64,000 nt of DNA from Akkermansia sp. (GCA_045637025.1 JAZTYM010000001.1:7998-71997); one strand, 5' to 3'; shown: positions 28,095 through 38,193, numbered from the stretch's first letter. Numbers and translations: made by a program. Notes: a model not told the origin generated them from the sequence alone.

Positions 28095-28583
28095 TCAGTT
28101 GAGCAAGAGCTCAAAGTCGTCTACATCAAGAATATGGCCAAGTTTTTCGCCCACCTGTTCGAAGTGAGACACTTGCAGGAAGCCCGCTTGCTCGTGAAAG
28201 CGGCGGCTGCGCACATTGCCACCAGTAATGCAGGCGATAAGCGCGCGGCAGCCAGCTGCGCGGCAGCGGGTGATAAGCTCGTGCAGCATCTGCTTGCCTA
28301 TGCCAGCTCCGCAGGCGGCGGGCGCTAAATAAATGGTTATCTCCCACGTTTTAGCGTAGGCTGCGCGCTCTTTCCATGGGTGGGCATAGCAATAGCCTAC
28401 CAGTTGCCCCGCAGATTCGCAGACGAGAAAAGGGTAGCCCCCTGAGCAACACCCCACTATGCGCTGGAGCATGGTCTCAGCGGAAATGGGCTCCATTTCA
28501 AAAGAAATAGTGGTGTGCACGATATAGTGGTTGTAGATAGTGGCAATGGCTGCGGCATCGGCGGGGACAACGTCTCGAATCAT
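28095..28583 (-). CDS. GNAT-family N-acetyltransferase (phosphinothricin-acetyltransferase-like)
   Basis: ORF-track ORF 28095..28637 is trimmed to ATG 28583 (MIRDVVPADAAAIATIYNHYI...). The promoter predicted at 28609-28637 overlaps the longer version. A GNAT acetyl-CoA loop is seen in GAGIGKQMLHELI. Confidence 0.8.
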   Translation of the reverse strand: MIRDVVPADAAAIATIYNHYIVHTTISFEMEPISAETMLQRIVGCCSGGYPFLVCESAGQLVGYCYAHPWKERAAYAKTWEITIYLAPAACGAGIGKQMLHELITRCRAAGCRALIACITGGNVRSRRFHEQAGFLQVSHFEQVGEKLGHILDVDDFELLLN

Positions 28584-28608
28584 ACGCGTGGGCGGGGAGG
28601 TGCAGGGG

Positions 28609-28637
28609 ATTGTACACATTTTTGGTGAAAAGGTCAA
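28609..28637 (-). promoter_or_regulatory. Sigma70-like promoter of the GNAT gene
   Basis: The minus strand reads TTGACC, a 17-nt spacer, then TACAAT. A 25-nt gap separates it from ATG 28583. Confidence 0.4.
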
Positions 28638-28708
28638 ACGAGTGTTTGTCTAGCAGCGTTTTTGAAGATGGATGCGGGGGTGTAAATCTTGCATGTCATG
28701 CTTCGTGC

Positions 28709-28737
28709 TTGCATTTAAGGTGCAGCGTTGTTAGTGT
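28709..28737 (+). promoter_or_regulatory. Sigma70-like promoter of ppi/ABC-F, leaderless geometry
   Basis: It reads TTGCAT, a 17-nt spacer, then TAGTGT. A 6-nt gap separates it from ATG 28744. Confidence 0.4.
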
Positions 28738-28743
28738 ACGCAC

Positions 28744-29268
28744 ATGGCAACTGACAAAAAAATCACGATGAAGACGAGCAAGGGCGATATCAAGTTGACG
28801 GTGTTCGCCTCCAAGACCCCGATGACTGCCGCCAGCTTCCTGAATCTTGCAAGCAAGGGATTCTACAATGGGCTGAGCTTTCACCGCGTGATTGCCGATT
28901 TCATGATTCAGGGTGGCGACCCTCAAGGCACTGGCTGTGGTGGTCCCGGCTACCAGTTTGATGATGAATGTCGCCCCGACCTCAAGTTTGACCGCCCCGG
29001 TTTGCTGGCTATGGCCAATGCAGGGCGCACATGGACGGGCCAAGGCACCAATGGCTCCCAATTTTTCATCACCCACGTGCCCACAGATTGGCTGAATGGC
29101 AAGCACACCATCTTTGGTGAGGTGCTGGGCGCTGATGACCAAGATGTGGTCAACAACATCCGCCAGGGTGACAAGATTGTGACCATTGAGGTGCATGATG
29201 ACTGCGCCGACCTCTTCGAGGAGCAGGCCGCCAACATTACCCGCTGGAATAGCAAGTTGAAGAAGTAA
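28744..29268 (+). CDS. Cyclophilin-type peptidyl-prolyl cis-trans isomerase
   Basis: 174 aa. Motifs present are FHRVIADFMIQGGDP, GLLAMANAG, GSQFFIT and HTIFGEV. Confidence 0.92.
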   Translation: MATDKKITMKTSKGDIKLTVFASKTPMTAASFLNLASKGFYNGLSFHRVIADFMIQGGDPQGTGCGGPGYQFDDECRPDLKFDRPGLLAMANAGRTWTGQGTNGSQFFITHVPTDWLNGKHTIFGEVLGADDQDVVNNIRQGDKIVTIEVHDDCADLFEEQAANITRWNSKLKK

Positions 29269-31271
29269 TGGTTTTCGCCGTCCAGGACCTGCACATCGAG
29301 TTTGGTCCTCGCGTGCTTTTCGATTCGCTCTCCTTTGTCGTGGAGCAAGGGGAGCGTATCGCTTTTGCGGGGCAGAATGGGGCTGGCAAGTCAACCCTGA
29401 TGAAATGCATCGTGGGGGTGATGGAGCCAGACCATGGCAAAGTGCTTTTGCCCCGGCATACGCATGTGGGCTATCTGCCGCAGGACGGCATACACATTGC
29501 AGGTGCGCCTCTGCTGGATGAGGTGCTGGGCTCTGTGGGCAATATTGTGGAGCTGCAGCAGACGGTGGAAGAAATGTCTGCCGCCTTGCAGACATTGGAT
29601 TCCGCCAGCAAGGAATACCATGAAACGCTTGAAGAAATAGGCCGCTTAGAGCTTATTTTGCACGACCGCGATGCTGCGCGTCTCCGCCCGCGCACAGAGT
29701 CTATTTTACGCGGATTGGGGTTCAGTGAGACTGATTTTACGCGAGATTGCGGAGAGTTTTCCGGTGGCTGGCAGATGCGCATCGCTTTGGCCAAGCTTTT
29801 GTTGCAGGAGCCCGAGGTGCTGCTGTTAGACGAGCCAACGAACCATTTGGATTTGCAGAGTCAGCGCTGGCTGGAGCAGAGCTTGCGCCATTACCGCGGG
29901 GCCATCTGCATCATCAGCCACGATGTCGCCTTGCTGGACAGCCTTGTCACGCGTACCATCGCCTTCCACCACGGGCGGGCAGAAGAATACGCCGGCAATT
30001 TTTCTTTTTATATGAAGGAAAGCAAGGCACGCAAGGAAATTTTGCTGCGCCAAGCCAAAGCCCAGCAGCGAGAAATTGCCAAGACGCAAGAATTCATTGA
30101 CCGCTTCCGAGCCAAAGCCACCAAGGCTTCCCAAGTGCAAAGCCGCATCAAACAGCTGGAAAAGGTGGAGCTCATTGAGGTAGAGGACGATGATGCGGTG
30201 ATGAGCTTCCGCTTCCCGCCACCACCACCCGGTGGCAACACCGTGGTGAAACTGGAGGGGGTGAGTAAGTCCTACGGCGATATCCACCTCTTGCGGCAAT
30301 ATGATTTTACCATGGCCAAGGGCGATCGTATCGCCATTGTCGGTGTCAACGGGTCGGGTAAATCAACATTTACGCGCCTGATATCGGGCACAGAAGCGCC
30401 CGACGCGGGCTCATTCTCCTTTGGTCACCACACGCAGGTTGCCTTCTTCTCCCAGACACACGCAGATGTGTTGGACGATGATCAAACGGTGCTGGAGTGT
30501 GTAGAGGCTGCCGCCTCGCGCGAAACACGCCCCTTGGTGCGCAATCTGCTGGGCTGTTTCCTCTTCCGCGGGGATGATGTGTTCAAGAAAATTGGCGTGC
30601 TTTCCGGTGGTGAGCGCTCGCGCGTGGCGCTTGTTTGCATGCTGCTGCGCCCGGCCAATTTCCTGATTATGGACGAACCGACCAATCACTTGGATTTCCA
30701 GAGTCAGGATGTGTTGCAACGCGCCTTGGCCGATTACCCAGGGTCGTATTGCATTGTTTCCCACAACCGTCAGTTCCTCGACCCCGTTGTCAACAAGGTT
30801 TTGGAGTTCCGTACAGGGTTGCCACCGCGCTTGTTCCATGGCAATGTGTCTCAGTATTTGGAAACGGTGGAGGCAGAGGAACGCCGCCAGAAAGAGCTCG
30901 CCCAGCGCACACCTGAGACGCCCAGTGCTGCCAGTGCGCCGGCTTCATTGCCCAACAACCGCAAGGAAAGCCGCCGCTTGCGCGCGATGGCTCAGGAGCG
31001 CCGCAACACGCTTATCCGCCCCTTGGAGCGCCGTTTGGCGGAGGTGGAAGAGGAAATTGCCCAAAAAGACGAGCGCAAAGCCGCCATTGCGGAGGAGCTG
31101 GAAAATCCTGAGAATATGAGCGATAATCAGCGTCTCATGGAGCTGACGCAGGAATACCAAGCTCTGGAGCGCGAAACAGATGCTCTCTTCACAGTGTGGG
31201 AGGATGTATCTGCTGAGTTGGAGCGCGCCAACGCCGCGCTGGAGGAAGAGTTCCCCGGCGTGTTGGCTTGA
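29268..31271 (+). CDS. ABC-F family ATPase (two ABC cassettes, no membrane domain)
   Basis: 667 aa, starting in a TAATG overlap with the ppi stop. Walker A motifs are GQNGAGKST and GVNGSGKST. Signature motifs are FSGGWQMR and LSGGERSR. The C-terminus is a charged coiled-coil tail. Confidence 0.9.
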   Translation: MVFAVQDLHIEFGPRVLFDSLSFVVEQGERIAFAGQNGAGKSTLMKCIVGVMEPDHGKVLLPRHTHVGYLPQDGIHIAGAPLLDEVLGSVGNIVELQQTVEEMSAALQTLDSASKEYHETLEEIGRLELILHDRDAARLRPRTESILRGLGFSETDFTRDCGEFSGGWQMRIALAKLLLQEPEVLLLDEPTNHLDLQSQRWLEQSLRHYRGAICIISHDVALLDSLVTRTIAFHHGRAEEYAGNFSFYMKESKARKEILLRQAKAQQREIAKTQEFIDRFRAKATKASQVQSRIKQLEKVELIEVEDDDAVMSFRFPPPPPGGNTVVKLEGVSKSYGDIHLLRQYDFTMAKGDRIAIVGVNGSGKSTFTRLISGTEAPDAGSFSFGHHTQVAFFSQTHADVLDDDQTVLECVEAAASRETRPLVRNLLGCFLFRGDDVFKKIGVLSGGERSRVALVCMLLRPANFLIMDEPTNHLDFQSQDVLQRALADYPGSYCIVSHNRQFLDPVVNKVLEFRTGLPPRLFHGNVSQYLETVEAEERRQKELAQRTPETPSAASAPASLPNNRKESRRLRAMAQERRNTLIRPLERRLAEVEEEIAQKDERKAAIAEELENPENMSDNQRLMELTQEYQALERETDALFTVWEDVSAELERANAALEEEFPGVLA

Positions 31272-31282
31272 TGATACAAAGA

Positions 31283-31320
31283 AGCCCCACACGAGTGAGT
31301 GTGGGGCTGTAGATTTTGTT
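31283..31320. terminator. Bidirectional terminator between ABC-F and the GH20/Sel1 operon
   Basis: It reads AGCCCCACAC-gagtga-GTGTGGGGCT. T-rich sequence follows on both strands: GTAGATTTTG on the plus strand and TCTTTGTATC on the minus strand. Confidence 0.55.
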
Positions 31321-31334
31321 CACCTGCTTGGGTG

Positions 31335-31676
31335 TTATGCTCCCAGCATGTTGCGCGCCATGATATTGCCTTGGGCGGCAGACAATCGCAGGGCAGCCAT
31401 GGCTTTTTCGGTGTCTTTTTCTATCAATTTGCCATCGATGAAACTCATAGCCAACACGAAAAGCGCCACATGGTCGCCGCCTTGTGCGGCGGCTTCCAAA
31501 TCTGCTAAATCACTGCGGTCTTTGAGCTGGGCAAAGTAGATGCGCGCCAGTTGGTTTTGGGCCTCAGCGTGCCCGGCAAATGCGGCATTGCGGAGGTGTT
31601 TGGCCCCGGCAGCGGCGTCTCCGGCACGGAAAGCCGCTGCTCCAGCCTCATATTCCTGTTCAGCGTTCATCGTCAC
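31335..31676 (-). CDS. Small Sel1/TPR-like repeat protein
   Basis: 113 aa with Sel1-like repeats ([44 protein letters not shown]). Its ATG overlaps the GH20 stop in an ATGA, which suggests translational coupling. Confidence 0.6.
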   Translation of the reverse strand: MTMNAEQEYEAGAAAFRAGDAAAGAKHLRNAAFAGHAEAQNQLARIYFAQLKDRSDLADLEAAAQGGDHVALFVLAMSFIDGKLIEKDTEKAMAALRLSAAQGNIMARNMLGA

Positions 31677-33961
31677 TTTTGCTCAGGAGCGGCGGGGGTG
31701 AGATTGAAGCTATACACCTTGCCCAGCAGGCTTTCGCCCAAGACCTCCAGCGGCAGCACAAAGGTGGAGCGCACTCCCTTGGTCTTTTTGCTGAATCCGT
31801 TTTCAGAATCCAGATAGGTGTTGAGTACCATTTCACCAACAGGTTGCCCATCTATCAACAGTTGGGTTTTCTCCGGCTGGCCGATGAGTTCCACCTTCAC
31901 CTTCTTGCCTACGGGCAGCTTGGCGCCAAAGGAGAACTCCAGCGTGTCGTCGCGGCGGAAACCAACGGTGCCGTCCTTCATGACAGCAAGGAGCTTGCCT
32001 TCAGGGGCAGAGAGTAGCACCTGTTCCTGACCCTCGGGGGCAGAGGCCAGTTCCAGCTCCATGGTGAGGTGATAGTTGGGCCCAAGTGCGGGTAGAGCCA
32101 ACTTCTGGGGCAGCAGAGCAGGGGTGATGCTGACGGGTTGGGCATCCTTCCACTTGTAGAGCGGGTTGCAGAAGGGGGCTGCACCAATGCGGGCGACGAG
32201 CTGCTTGTGAGCATCAAAATCCTGCGGCATGCCCTCCTTGCCCCACATCTTCTGGCCCAAAATCTCGATGGATTCGGTGATGGCGGGCCATACATCGTAG
32301 GGGGCGTAGCCACTGTGCTTGGCATCGGTCATGTCGTTCCACACGGCAAAGGTGGCACCCAGCAACTGGGGATGCCCTGCGGGCAATACTTCAGAACCCA
32401 CCACATTGGGCTTCCAGTGGTCAAAGACCCACTTGTGGCGCTTGTCCATGCGGTAGTAATTGGCAAAGGGTACGATGTAGAGAGCGCCGTCGTTGGTGTT
32501 GATGACGTCGTATCCCAAGTCGACAGCCTCCCAAGCCTTCATCCAACCGGGGCTCCAAAGGTTCATTTGTACACCCTTGGCTACCACCGGAGTCTTGCCA
32601 GGCTTGCTGCTCAGGCTGCCCCAGATACGGGGTGTGTAGCCGCGGCTCAAGACATGGCGCAACAAACCATCGGCGTACTTGCGGTAGTCTTCCTTCTCGC
32701 CGTAGAATTCATCTGCACCCACGTGAACCACGGGGCAATCGCCAAAGACGGCAGCACCCAATTCATCATCCTTCTGCAGGTATTCATCGAACACGCCGCC
32801 CACGAAGGTGACGGTTTCGGGGTTTGCTGCATCCAGCATTTCACAGCGTCGCTTCTCGTGGTTCATGTGCCCCTTGTATATGAGGTCGGGGCGCACGCGG
32901 GTGAAAGAAAGAGCATGACCGGGAGTGTCGAACTCAGGGATGATGTTCACATTGCGCTCCTTGGCATATTTGACCAGCTCCATGAATTCTTTCTTGGTGT
33001 AGAAGAGGTCTTGCGCCGTAAGGGGGGTGCCATCTGCACCCTTCACCTTGGATTCCAGACGGAATGCAGTGTAGCTTTCCTTGAAGGGGTCGCGCCCTGC
33101 ATCTACATAGTTTTCGTGGAAGATGTAGTTGTTGTTGATGACCAAGTGAAGGTCGTTCATCTTGAACCAAGACATGGCTCGAATCACGTCTTTAAGATAG
33201 CTAATCGGGACGGGAGTGCGAGCAATATCGAGCATGAAGCCGCGCAGTTCGTAGCGCGGGAAGTCTACTGCCTTGCCGCAGGGGACGGTGCCACCTGTTT
33301 GGCGCAAAATCTGCAACAGGGTGCGGGAGCCCCAGAAGGTGCCTTTCCAGCTGTTGGCCGTGAGCTGCACCTGCTTTTCAGAGACATTCATGCGGTAGCC
33401 TTCATCCGTTTTTCCTTCGTCCCCCTTTGCTTTTGTGGCAGTGGCACGGAGCACGATGTCGGCTGCATCGCGGTCGTCCGTCAGCTTCACCTCCTTGCCT
33501 GTTACCTCGTGCAAATCGGCGGCGACAATGGCTGCAAGGGTAGGGTTGGCGCAGCAGAGAAGAATGGTGTCGGGCAGCTTGTACTCACCCTTGCCACCAG
33601 CCCACTGCAAAATCTCGGGGATGACGGTGGGTTTAGGATTGCCACCTGCCTGCTGGTCGGGCTTGAGGATGAGCTCGTAGTCTTTACTGATGACTTGCTC
33701 TTCGCCCTTGCTTACCTTGAAGCTTACCAGCACGGGGGTTTCTGCCAGCACTGGCTTGATGTTGCCCTTGGTGTCGAGAAGTTGCTCATAGTCAGCGCCC
33801 AAAATTTCCACCTTAGCGCCAGGAATCTTGGGGAGAACCAAGCGAGATGCGCCGGGGCGAAGTTCTGGCATGGTAAGTGAGTTGGCTGCTTGTTGCAAAT
33901 CTGAGCCCAAGAGCGGAGCTGCGGTCATGGCTGCTATCATAAGTAGTGAGGAAGCTTTCAT
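31673..33961 (-). CDS. Secreted GH20 beta-N-acetylhexosaminidase
   Basis: 762 aa. The signal peptide is [21 protein letters not shown]20 blocks are [34 protein letters not shown] and HVGADEF. Confidence 0.85.
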   Translation of the reverse strand: MKASSLLMIAAMTAAPLLGSDLQQAANSLTMPELRPGASRLVLPKIPGAKVEILGADYEQLLDTKGNIKPVLAETPVLVSFKVSKGEEQVISKDYELILKPDQQAGGNPKPTVIPEILQWAGGKGEYKLPDTILLCCANPTLAAIVAADLHEVTGKEVKLTDDRDAADIVLRATATKAKGDEGKTDEGYRMNVSEKQVQLTANSWKGTFWGSRTLLQILRQTGGTVPCGKAVDFPRYELRGFMLDIARTPVPISYLKDVIRAMSWFKMNDLHLVINNNYIFHENYVDAGRDPFKESYTAFRLESKVKGADGTPLTAQDLFYTKKEFMELVKYAKERNVNIIPEFDTPGHALSFTRVRPDLIYKGHMNHEKRRCEMLDAANPETVTFVGGVFDEYLQKDDELGAAVFGDCPVVHVGADEFYGEKEDYRKYADGLLRHVLSRGYTPRIWGSLSSKPGKTPVVAKGVQMNLWSPGWMKAWEAVDLGYDVINTNDGALYIVPFANYYRMDKRHKWVFDHWKPNVVGSEVLPAGHPQLLGATFAVWNDMTDAKHSGYAPYDVWPAITESIEILGQKMWGKEGMPQDFDAHKQLVARIGAAPFCNPLYKWKDAQPVSITPALLPQKLALPALGPNYHLTMELELASAPEGQEQVLLSAPEGKLLAVMKDGTVGFRRDDTLEFSFGAKLPVGKKVKVELIGQPEKTQLLIDGQPVGEMVLNTYLDSENGFSKKTKGVRSTFVLPLEVLGESLLGKVYSFNLTPAAPEQK

Positions 33962-34056
33962 GCGTGGTAGGTATATACGTTTGTTCGAAAAACTACGAAT
34001 TCACTCGTAGTCTACCATAAGACTACGGTGAAAAAAAGCACTTTATTTCAACAAAA

Positions 34057-34827
34057 TTAAATTTCCACCCAATCGAGGCGGTAACTTTGGGGCGCGACAT
34101 ACACCTGCGCGGCAAGCCCAAGCGTTTTGACGGCTTCTTGCATGGAGCGCAGGGCCGTTTCAGGGGTGTTGCATTCGGGGCTAATGTGGCCAAGGATGAT
34201 GTGGCGCAACTCCTCATGGGCTACGGTGGCTACTACCTCTGCGGCCTGCGCATTGGATAGATGCCCCCAGTCGCCAGCTATGCGCTCAATGATATCATAG
34301 GGACGCCCAGAGTCCTGCAACATCTGGGGGTCGTAGTTGGATTCCAGATAGAGCGCTTGCACCCCACCGAGGAGGTGGCGCATGCTGCGGGTGATACGCC
34401 CAGTATCGGTGATATAGCCCAGTTTGTCATCTCCCTGTTGGAAGAGGTAGCCCAGCGGATCGGCAGCATCGTGGCTGACTTCGATGGGGGTGATGGTGAT
34501 GTCTCCCACCTCAAAAGCGCAGCCTGGCTCGATGTAGTTGAGCTTGGCCGAGGGGGCGATGGCTTGCAGGTCGCGGGAAAGATAGCGGCTGCAATAGATG
34601 CTCAGCGTATCTTTCTTGGCAAGCACCCCCAGCCCGCACAAGTGGTCGCTGTGCTCGTGGGTGTAGAGGACGCCATCAATATCCTTGACACTCAGCCCGC
34701 ACTCAGCCAGCCCCTTGCGAATGCGCAGGGCGCTAATGCCTGTGTCGATCAGCAGATGGGTGTTTCCCGTGGAGACCACAGCGGCGTTGCCTTTGCTGCT
34801 GCTGGCGAGTGTGGAGATGCGTATCAT
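34057..34827 (-). CDS. MBL-fold metallo-hydrolase
   Basis: 256 aa. It contains LLIDTG and the HxHxDH motif YTHEHSDHLCGL. Confidence 0.85.
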   Translation of the reverse strand: MIRISTLASSSKGNAAVVSTGNTHLLIDTGISALRIRKGLAECGLSVKDIDGVLYTHEHSDHLCGLGVLAKKDTLSIYCSRYLSRDLQAIAPSAKLNYIEPGCAFEVGDITITPIEVSHDAADPLGYLFQQGDDKLGYITDTGRITRSMRHLLGGVQALYLESNYDPQMLQDSGRPYDIIERIAGDWGHLSNAQAAEVVATVAHEELRHIILGHISPECNTPETALRSMQEAVKTLGLAAQVYVAPQSYRLDWVEI

Positions 34828-34836
34828 GTGCCGCCC

Positions 34837-34865
34837 ATGCTAGCACAATTCCCCATTTTGCTCAA
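34837..34865 (-). promoter_or_regulatory. Sigma70-like promoter of the MBL-fold gene, near-leaderless geometry
   Basis: The minus strand reads TTGAGC, a 17-nt spacer, then TAGCAT. A 9-nt gap separates it from ATG 34827. Confidence 0.4.
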
Positions 34866-34930
34866 TAGTAAACATAAGTAAAATGTTTCTCGCGAACCCG
34901 AAATGTAGCGCTAATGGGTGCTTTGACGCT

Positions 34931-34966
34931 TTTTTTTCTTTCCATCAAGGGCAAAGTGGCTATAAT
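34931..34966 (+). promoter_or_regulatory. Promoter-like motif with consensus TATAAT, copy A of a shared roughly 38-nt motif
   Basis: It reads TTTTTTTCTTTCCATCAAGGGCAAAGTGGCTATAAT with TATAAT at 34961-34966. ATG 34981 lies 14 nt downstream. A near-identical motif is found at 54966-55003. Confidence 0.4.
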
Positions 34967-34980
34967 GAACAGGAAAGAGT

Positions 34981-35817
34981 ATGGCTGAGGCACAGAACAG
35001 GCGCAGGAAGCGAAAGAAGGGTGGTGCAGACGACCGCTCCCTCTGGGGATTTTTGTTTCGCAAGGATGCCACTAACACCAACTTTTTAACCAAGTCGTTT
35101 TACGCAGACGAGGAGGAAACGACGGGAGAGGAAGAAGGGCCTGTACGCGGGATTTTCCGAGAGATATTGGCACGGGTCAATGTGTTGACCTGCGTGGCGG
35201 CTCTCGTTTTCATCATTTTCACGGGATGGTTGATTTCAACCGTGTGGAGTATGTGGAGCCCACAGAGCCTGAATGATGTAGCCGGTTACCAAGACCAAGG
35301 GAGTTCTCGCGATTTGTTGGTGATGCTCAAGAAGGCCAACGGTGGCGAGGTGACTTTCACCGAGGGTGAAATAAACCGCTATTTGCGCGAGACATGTCGC
35401 ATGCGCCAGACGGGGCTTTTTTCGCTGATAGCGCATGTGCAGGGGCTAGCTGTTCGTGTGCATGACGGCTATGTCGAATTGGTGGTCGACCGTATCATTG
35501 GTGCCAACATTCACCAAACCACTTCGGTCAACCTTTCCTTCCGCCAAGAAACGCAGTTGGGACGCCCCGAATTGAAGGTTGATTTTCACGGCGGAGAGCC
35601 GCTTTATGGCTCGGTGCCTCGCGGGGGTAAAATTGGCAATGTGGATGTGCCGCAGCGCCCGGTAGAAATGCTCAAGCCAGCCTTGGAGACACTGCTGGAT
35701 TGTTACCCTGAGTTTGTGCAGATTATAGAGGAGTATGGGTATTGCCCGTACTTCTCCAAGGGTGCTAACGGGGCAGAAGGCCGCGTGCAGCTTTTGCCCT
35801 ATACGCCAGAGATTTAA
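34981..35817 (+). CDS. Membrane-anchored hypothetical protein
   Basis: 278 aa. A basic N-terminus (AQNRRRKRKKGG) is followed by one TM helix (VLTCVAALVFIIFTGWLISTVW) and a soluble domain. It is the first gene after a TATAAT element at 34961. Confidence 0.6.
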   Translation: MAEAQNRRRKRKKGGADDRSLWGFLFRKDATNTNFLTKSFYADEEETTGEEEGPVRGIFREILARVNVLTCVAALVFIIFTGWLISTVWSMWSPQSLNDVAGYQDQGSSRDLLVMLKKANGGEVTFTEGEINRYLRETCRMRQTGLFSLIAHVQGLAVRVHDGYVELVVDRIIGANIHQTTSVNLSFRQETQLGRPELKVDFHGGEPLYGSVPRGGKIGNVDVPQRPVEMLKPALETLLDCYPEFVQIIEEYGYCPYFSKGANGAEGRVQLLPYTPEI

Positions 35818-35832
35818 TTTACTAAAAAAGAT

Positions 35833-36231
35833 ATGAAAATGCGTACAATATTGATGAGTGTTGGGTTGTTGGGTTCATTGAGCCTGAGTTCCTGTATCAT
35901 ACAGCAAACGGTTGGTATGTTCATTCGCGATGAATATCCCGGGGAGCGCCCTCCCATGGTGATTGAGGATGTGAATGGCCAGCCGGCCTCCCAGAATTGG
36001 CTTAAGATTGACCCCACCATGTTGCCGCCTTCGGGGCATATTGAGGGGCGCATCCGCACGGCTGATGATGGAATCCCCTACGGCCTCACATCCGAGTTTA
36101 GCAACGTGGTGGTTTCTCCCTATCATCCCTATAGCCAGCTGGATTACACGGGTGTAGGCGTGGGTGCAAAAGTCTATGACCCCTACACCAAGAAGCCTTT
36201 CTACATTCCCCGCGCATATACCTTCAACTAA
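35833..36231 (+). CDS. Small lipoprotein, hypothetical
   Basis: 132 aa with a lipobox in MKMRTILMSVGLLGSLSLSSC. It lies 15 nt after the previous gene. Confidence 0.6.
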   Translation: MKMRTILMSVGLLGSLSLSSCIIQQTVGMFIRDEYPGERPPMVIEDVNGQPASQNWLKIDPTMLPPSGHIEGRIRTADDGIPYGLTSEFSNVVVSPYHPYSQLDYTGVGVGAKVYDPYTKKPFYIPRAYTFN

Positions 36232-36240
36232 AGCCAAGCT

Positions 36241-38157
36241 ATGTCTGCTGAGGAGAAAACGCCCCGTGCATCTGCGAGTCAAAAATTGGGGCTCTTTGCG
36301 TATAAAATCTTGTGCTTCATTCTGCGCCTGACCGACATTCGCTTCGTGGCGGTGGTGGGGCGGTGCATCGGGTATTTGGCGTGGTTGTTTTTCCCCTCTC
36401 GCCGCGCTATTGTTGCGCGCAACATGCGCATCATCATTGACCCGACTCTTCGTCCCGCCAAGTTGTCGGCTATGGTGCGCCGCAACATGGTGCGCACAAG
36501 CATGAACTTGGCGTGCTCGCTCAAAACGGGCTTGATGACGGCCAAAGAACTGGACCGAGCCATTGAGCTGAAGGGCAAAGACATCTTTGAGCACAGTGGT
36601 ACGGAAGGCCGCACAGGTATCTGCTGTATCCCCCATGCAGGTAATTGGGAGCTTCTTGCACGCATTCGCCCTTGTTGCGACAAAGTGCAGCGATTTGGCT
36701 CCATGTACCGCCAGATGAGCAACCCCTTGCTGGAGCAGTTTATCTACAATTCTCGCACGGGCTATGGTTGCGAGATGTATAGCAAGGAGAACGGCCTCAA
36801 ATCTGTGTTGCAGTTTGCCAAGACCGGTGGTTGCTTGGGCGTGCTGTGCGACCAGTACACGCAAGAAGGGCTTTTCTTGCCCTACTTCGGCAAGATGACC
36901 AATGTGACTCCCCTGCCAGCCTTGTTGCACAAGCGATGCAAGGGGAAGGGGACATTGCTGGCTGTCTTCACACGCAATGTATCCTTGGGTAAGTGGGAGG
37001 TTGAGTTGGGGCATCCCATTGAATTGCCAGCGGATTGTGACTCGATGCTGGCTGTGACCATGCAGGTGAACTTGGCGTTGGAAAAGAGCCAGAACCAGAA
37101 CATCATGGATGGCTTCTGGATGCACCACCGCTGGAAACCGCGCAAGCGCTTTGCCCCCGAGGCGAGCCCCGAGGTGCTCGAACTGGCTGCCAAGTACATG
37201 CGATTGCCTTTCCGCATCATCGTGTGTGTGCCTGAGTCATTTGATGAGGCGGTGACGATGTTGCCCGTCATCCGCGCTATCAAGGCATCGCGTTTTGATG
37301 CCCAGTTGACAGTTGTGTGCCCCGCAGAGCAGGCCGCCTATTGGCGCAGCATGAAGGACTGCGTGGCCTATGTAGCCACCACGGATGAAAAGGTGGATTT
37401 GATGGCACAACTGGATTCTGATGAGATTTACAAGGATGGTCCGTTTGACTATTTGTTCATGTTCAGCGAGAATAAGAAAGTGCTGGGCAAGTTGAGCAAG
37501 TTGAGCCCCATTTACATCTCCGGCTTTGCCGAAAATCCGCTCACCAAGAAGTTCCGCTTCACTTACCGCATTAAGAGACTTTTGGAGAAGGAGCCTCTCC
37601 CCCGTGCTCTCGAGCATTTGCGCCGCGTGGGGAGCTCTCACCAATTTGCGTGGGAGACCCCTGAGTTCACGGCTTGCCTCCCGGGTAATGATACATGCAG
37701 CACTGTGTATGTAGCGCCGTTCTCTACACTGGGCTCGGCAGATGCTTGGCCGCAGGAAAATTGGGTTGCTTTGGTGCAGAAGCTCCAAGCTGCTGGCGAC
37801 ACGGTGAAGTTGCTGCACCTGCCGCAAGATGCCTCTGCCGCAGCTGCCATGGCCAAGACGCTGGGAGTGGAGGCCTGCGCTGTGTCTCCCGAAGGCGTGC
37901 CCGCCCTCATGGGCAGTAAGAGCAAGCTCTATGCAGTGGACGGCTTGCTGCCGCAGCTGGCGGCACAGGTGGGCTGCCCATGTACCGTCTTGATGGCAAG
38001 CCGCCAGGCCGAGCGCTATGCCCCCATGGGCGAGGGACACCGCGTGCTTTCCAACCATGTGGCGTGCCATCCCTGCTACCGCCAGACGTGCGATGCTGCG
38101 AAAGGTAGCTGCACTCAGGGCGTGAGCGTGGAAGATGTGCTGAGCGAGCAGGCTTGA
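36241..38157 (+). CDS. Fusion of a LpxL/HtrB-type lipid A acyltransferase domain with a GT9 (heptosyltransferase-like) domain
   Basis: 638 aa. The N-terminal half carries the acyltransferase HxxxxE-type block CCIPHAGNWELLA. The C-terminal half shows GT9 features (FRIIVCVPESFDEAVTMLPVIRAIK, AVDGLLPQLAAQVGCPCTVLMAS). Confidence 0.75.
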   Translation: MSAEEKTPRASASQKLGLFAYKILCFILRLTDIRFVAVVGRCIGYLAWLFFPSRRAIVARNMRIIIDPTLRPAKLSAMVRRNMVRTSMNLACSLKTGLMTAKELDRAIELKGKDIFEHSGTEGRTGICCIPHAGNWELLARIRPCCDKVQRFGSMYRQMSNPLLEQFIYNSRTGYGCEMYSKENGLKSVLQFAKTGGCLGVLCDQYTQEGLFLPYFGKMTNVTPLPALLHKRCKGKGTLLAVFTRNVSLGKWEVELGHPIELPADCDSMLAVTMQVNLALEKSQNQNIMDGFWMHHRWKPRKRFAPEASPEVLELAAKYMRLPFRIIVCVPESFDEAVTMLPVIRAIKASRFDAQLTVVCPAEQAAYWRSMKDCVAYVATTDEKVDLMAQLDSDEIYKDGPFDYLFMFSENKKVLGKLSKLSPIYISGFAENPLTKKFRFTYRIKRLLEKEPLPRALEHLRRVGSSHQFAWETPEFTACLPGNDTCSTVYVAPFSTLGSADAWPQENWVALVQKLQAAGDTVKLLHLPQDASAAAAMAKTLGVEACAVSPEGVPALMGSKSKLYAVDGLLPQLAAQVGCPCTVLMASRQAERYAPMGEGHRVLSNHVACHPCYRQTCDAAKGSCTQGVSVEDVLSEQA

Positions 38158-38193
38158 TGCAACATTGATGGGGCTAAGCGTGTCTCAGACTAT

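Noticed and set aside
29268-31271. ABC-F protein as the missing ATPase of the Opp-like importer
   Set aside because: It has tandem ABC cassettes with a linker and a coiled-coil tail, which marks the soluble ABC-F class of ribosome-associated factors. It is also co-transcribed with ppi 6 kb away from the permeases.
34006-34027. 8-bp hairpin (CGTAGTCT..AGACTACG) downstream of the MBL-fold gene as its terminator
   Set aside because: The T-run lies before the stem, not after it, on the transcribed minus strand. It therefore does not fit an intrinsic terminator. I left it unannotated.
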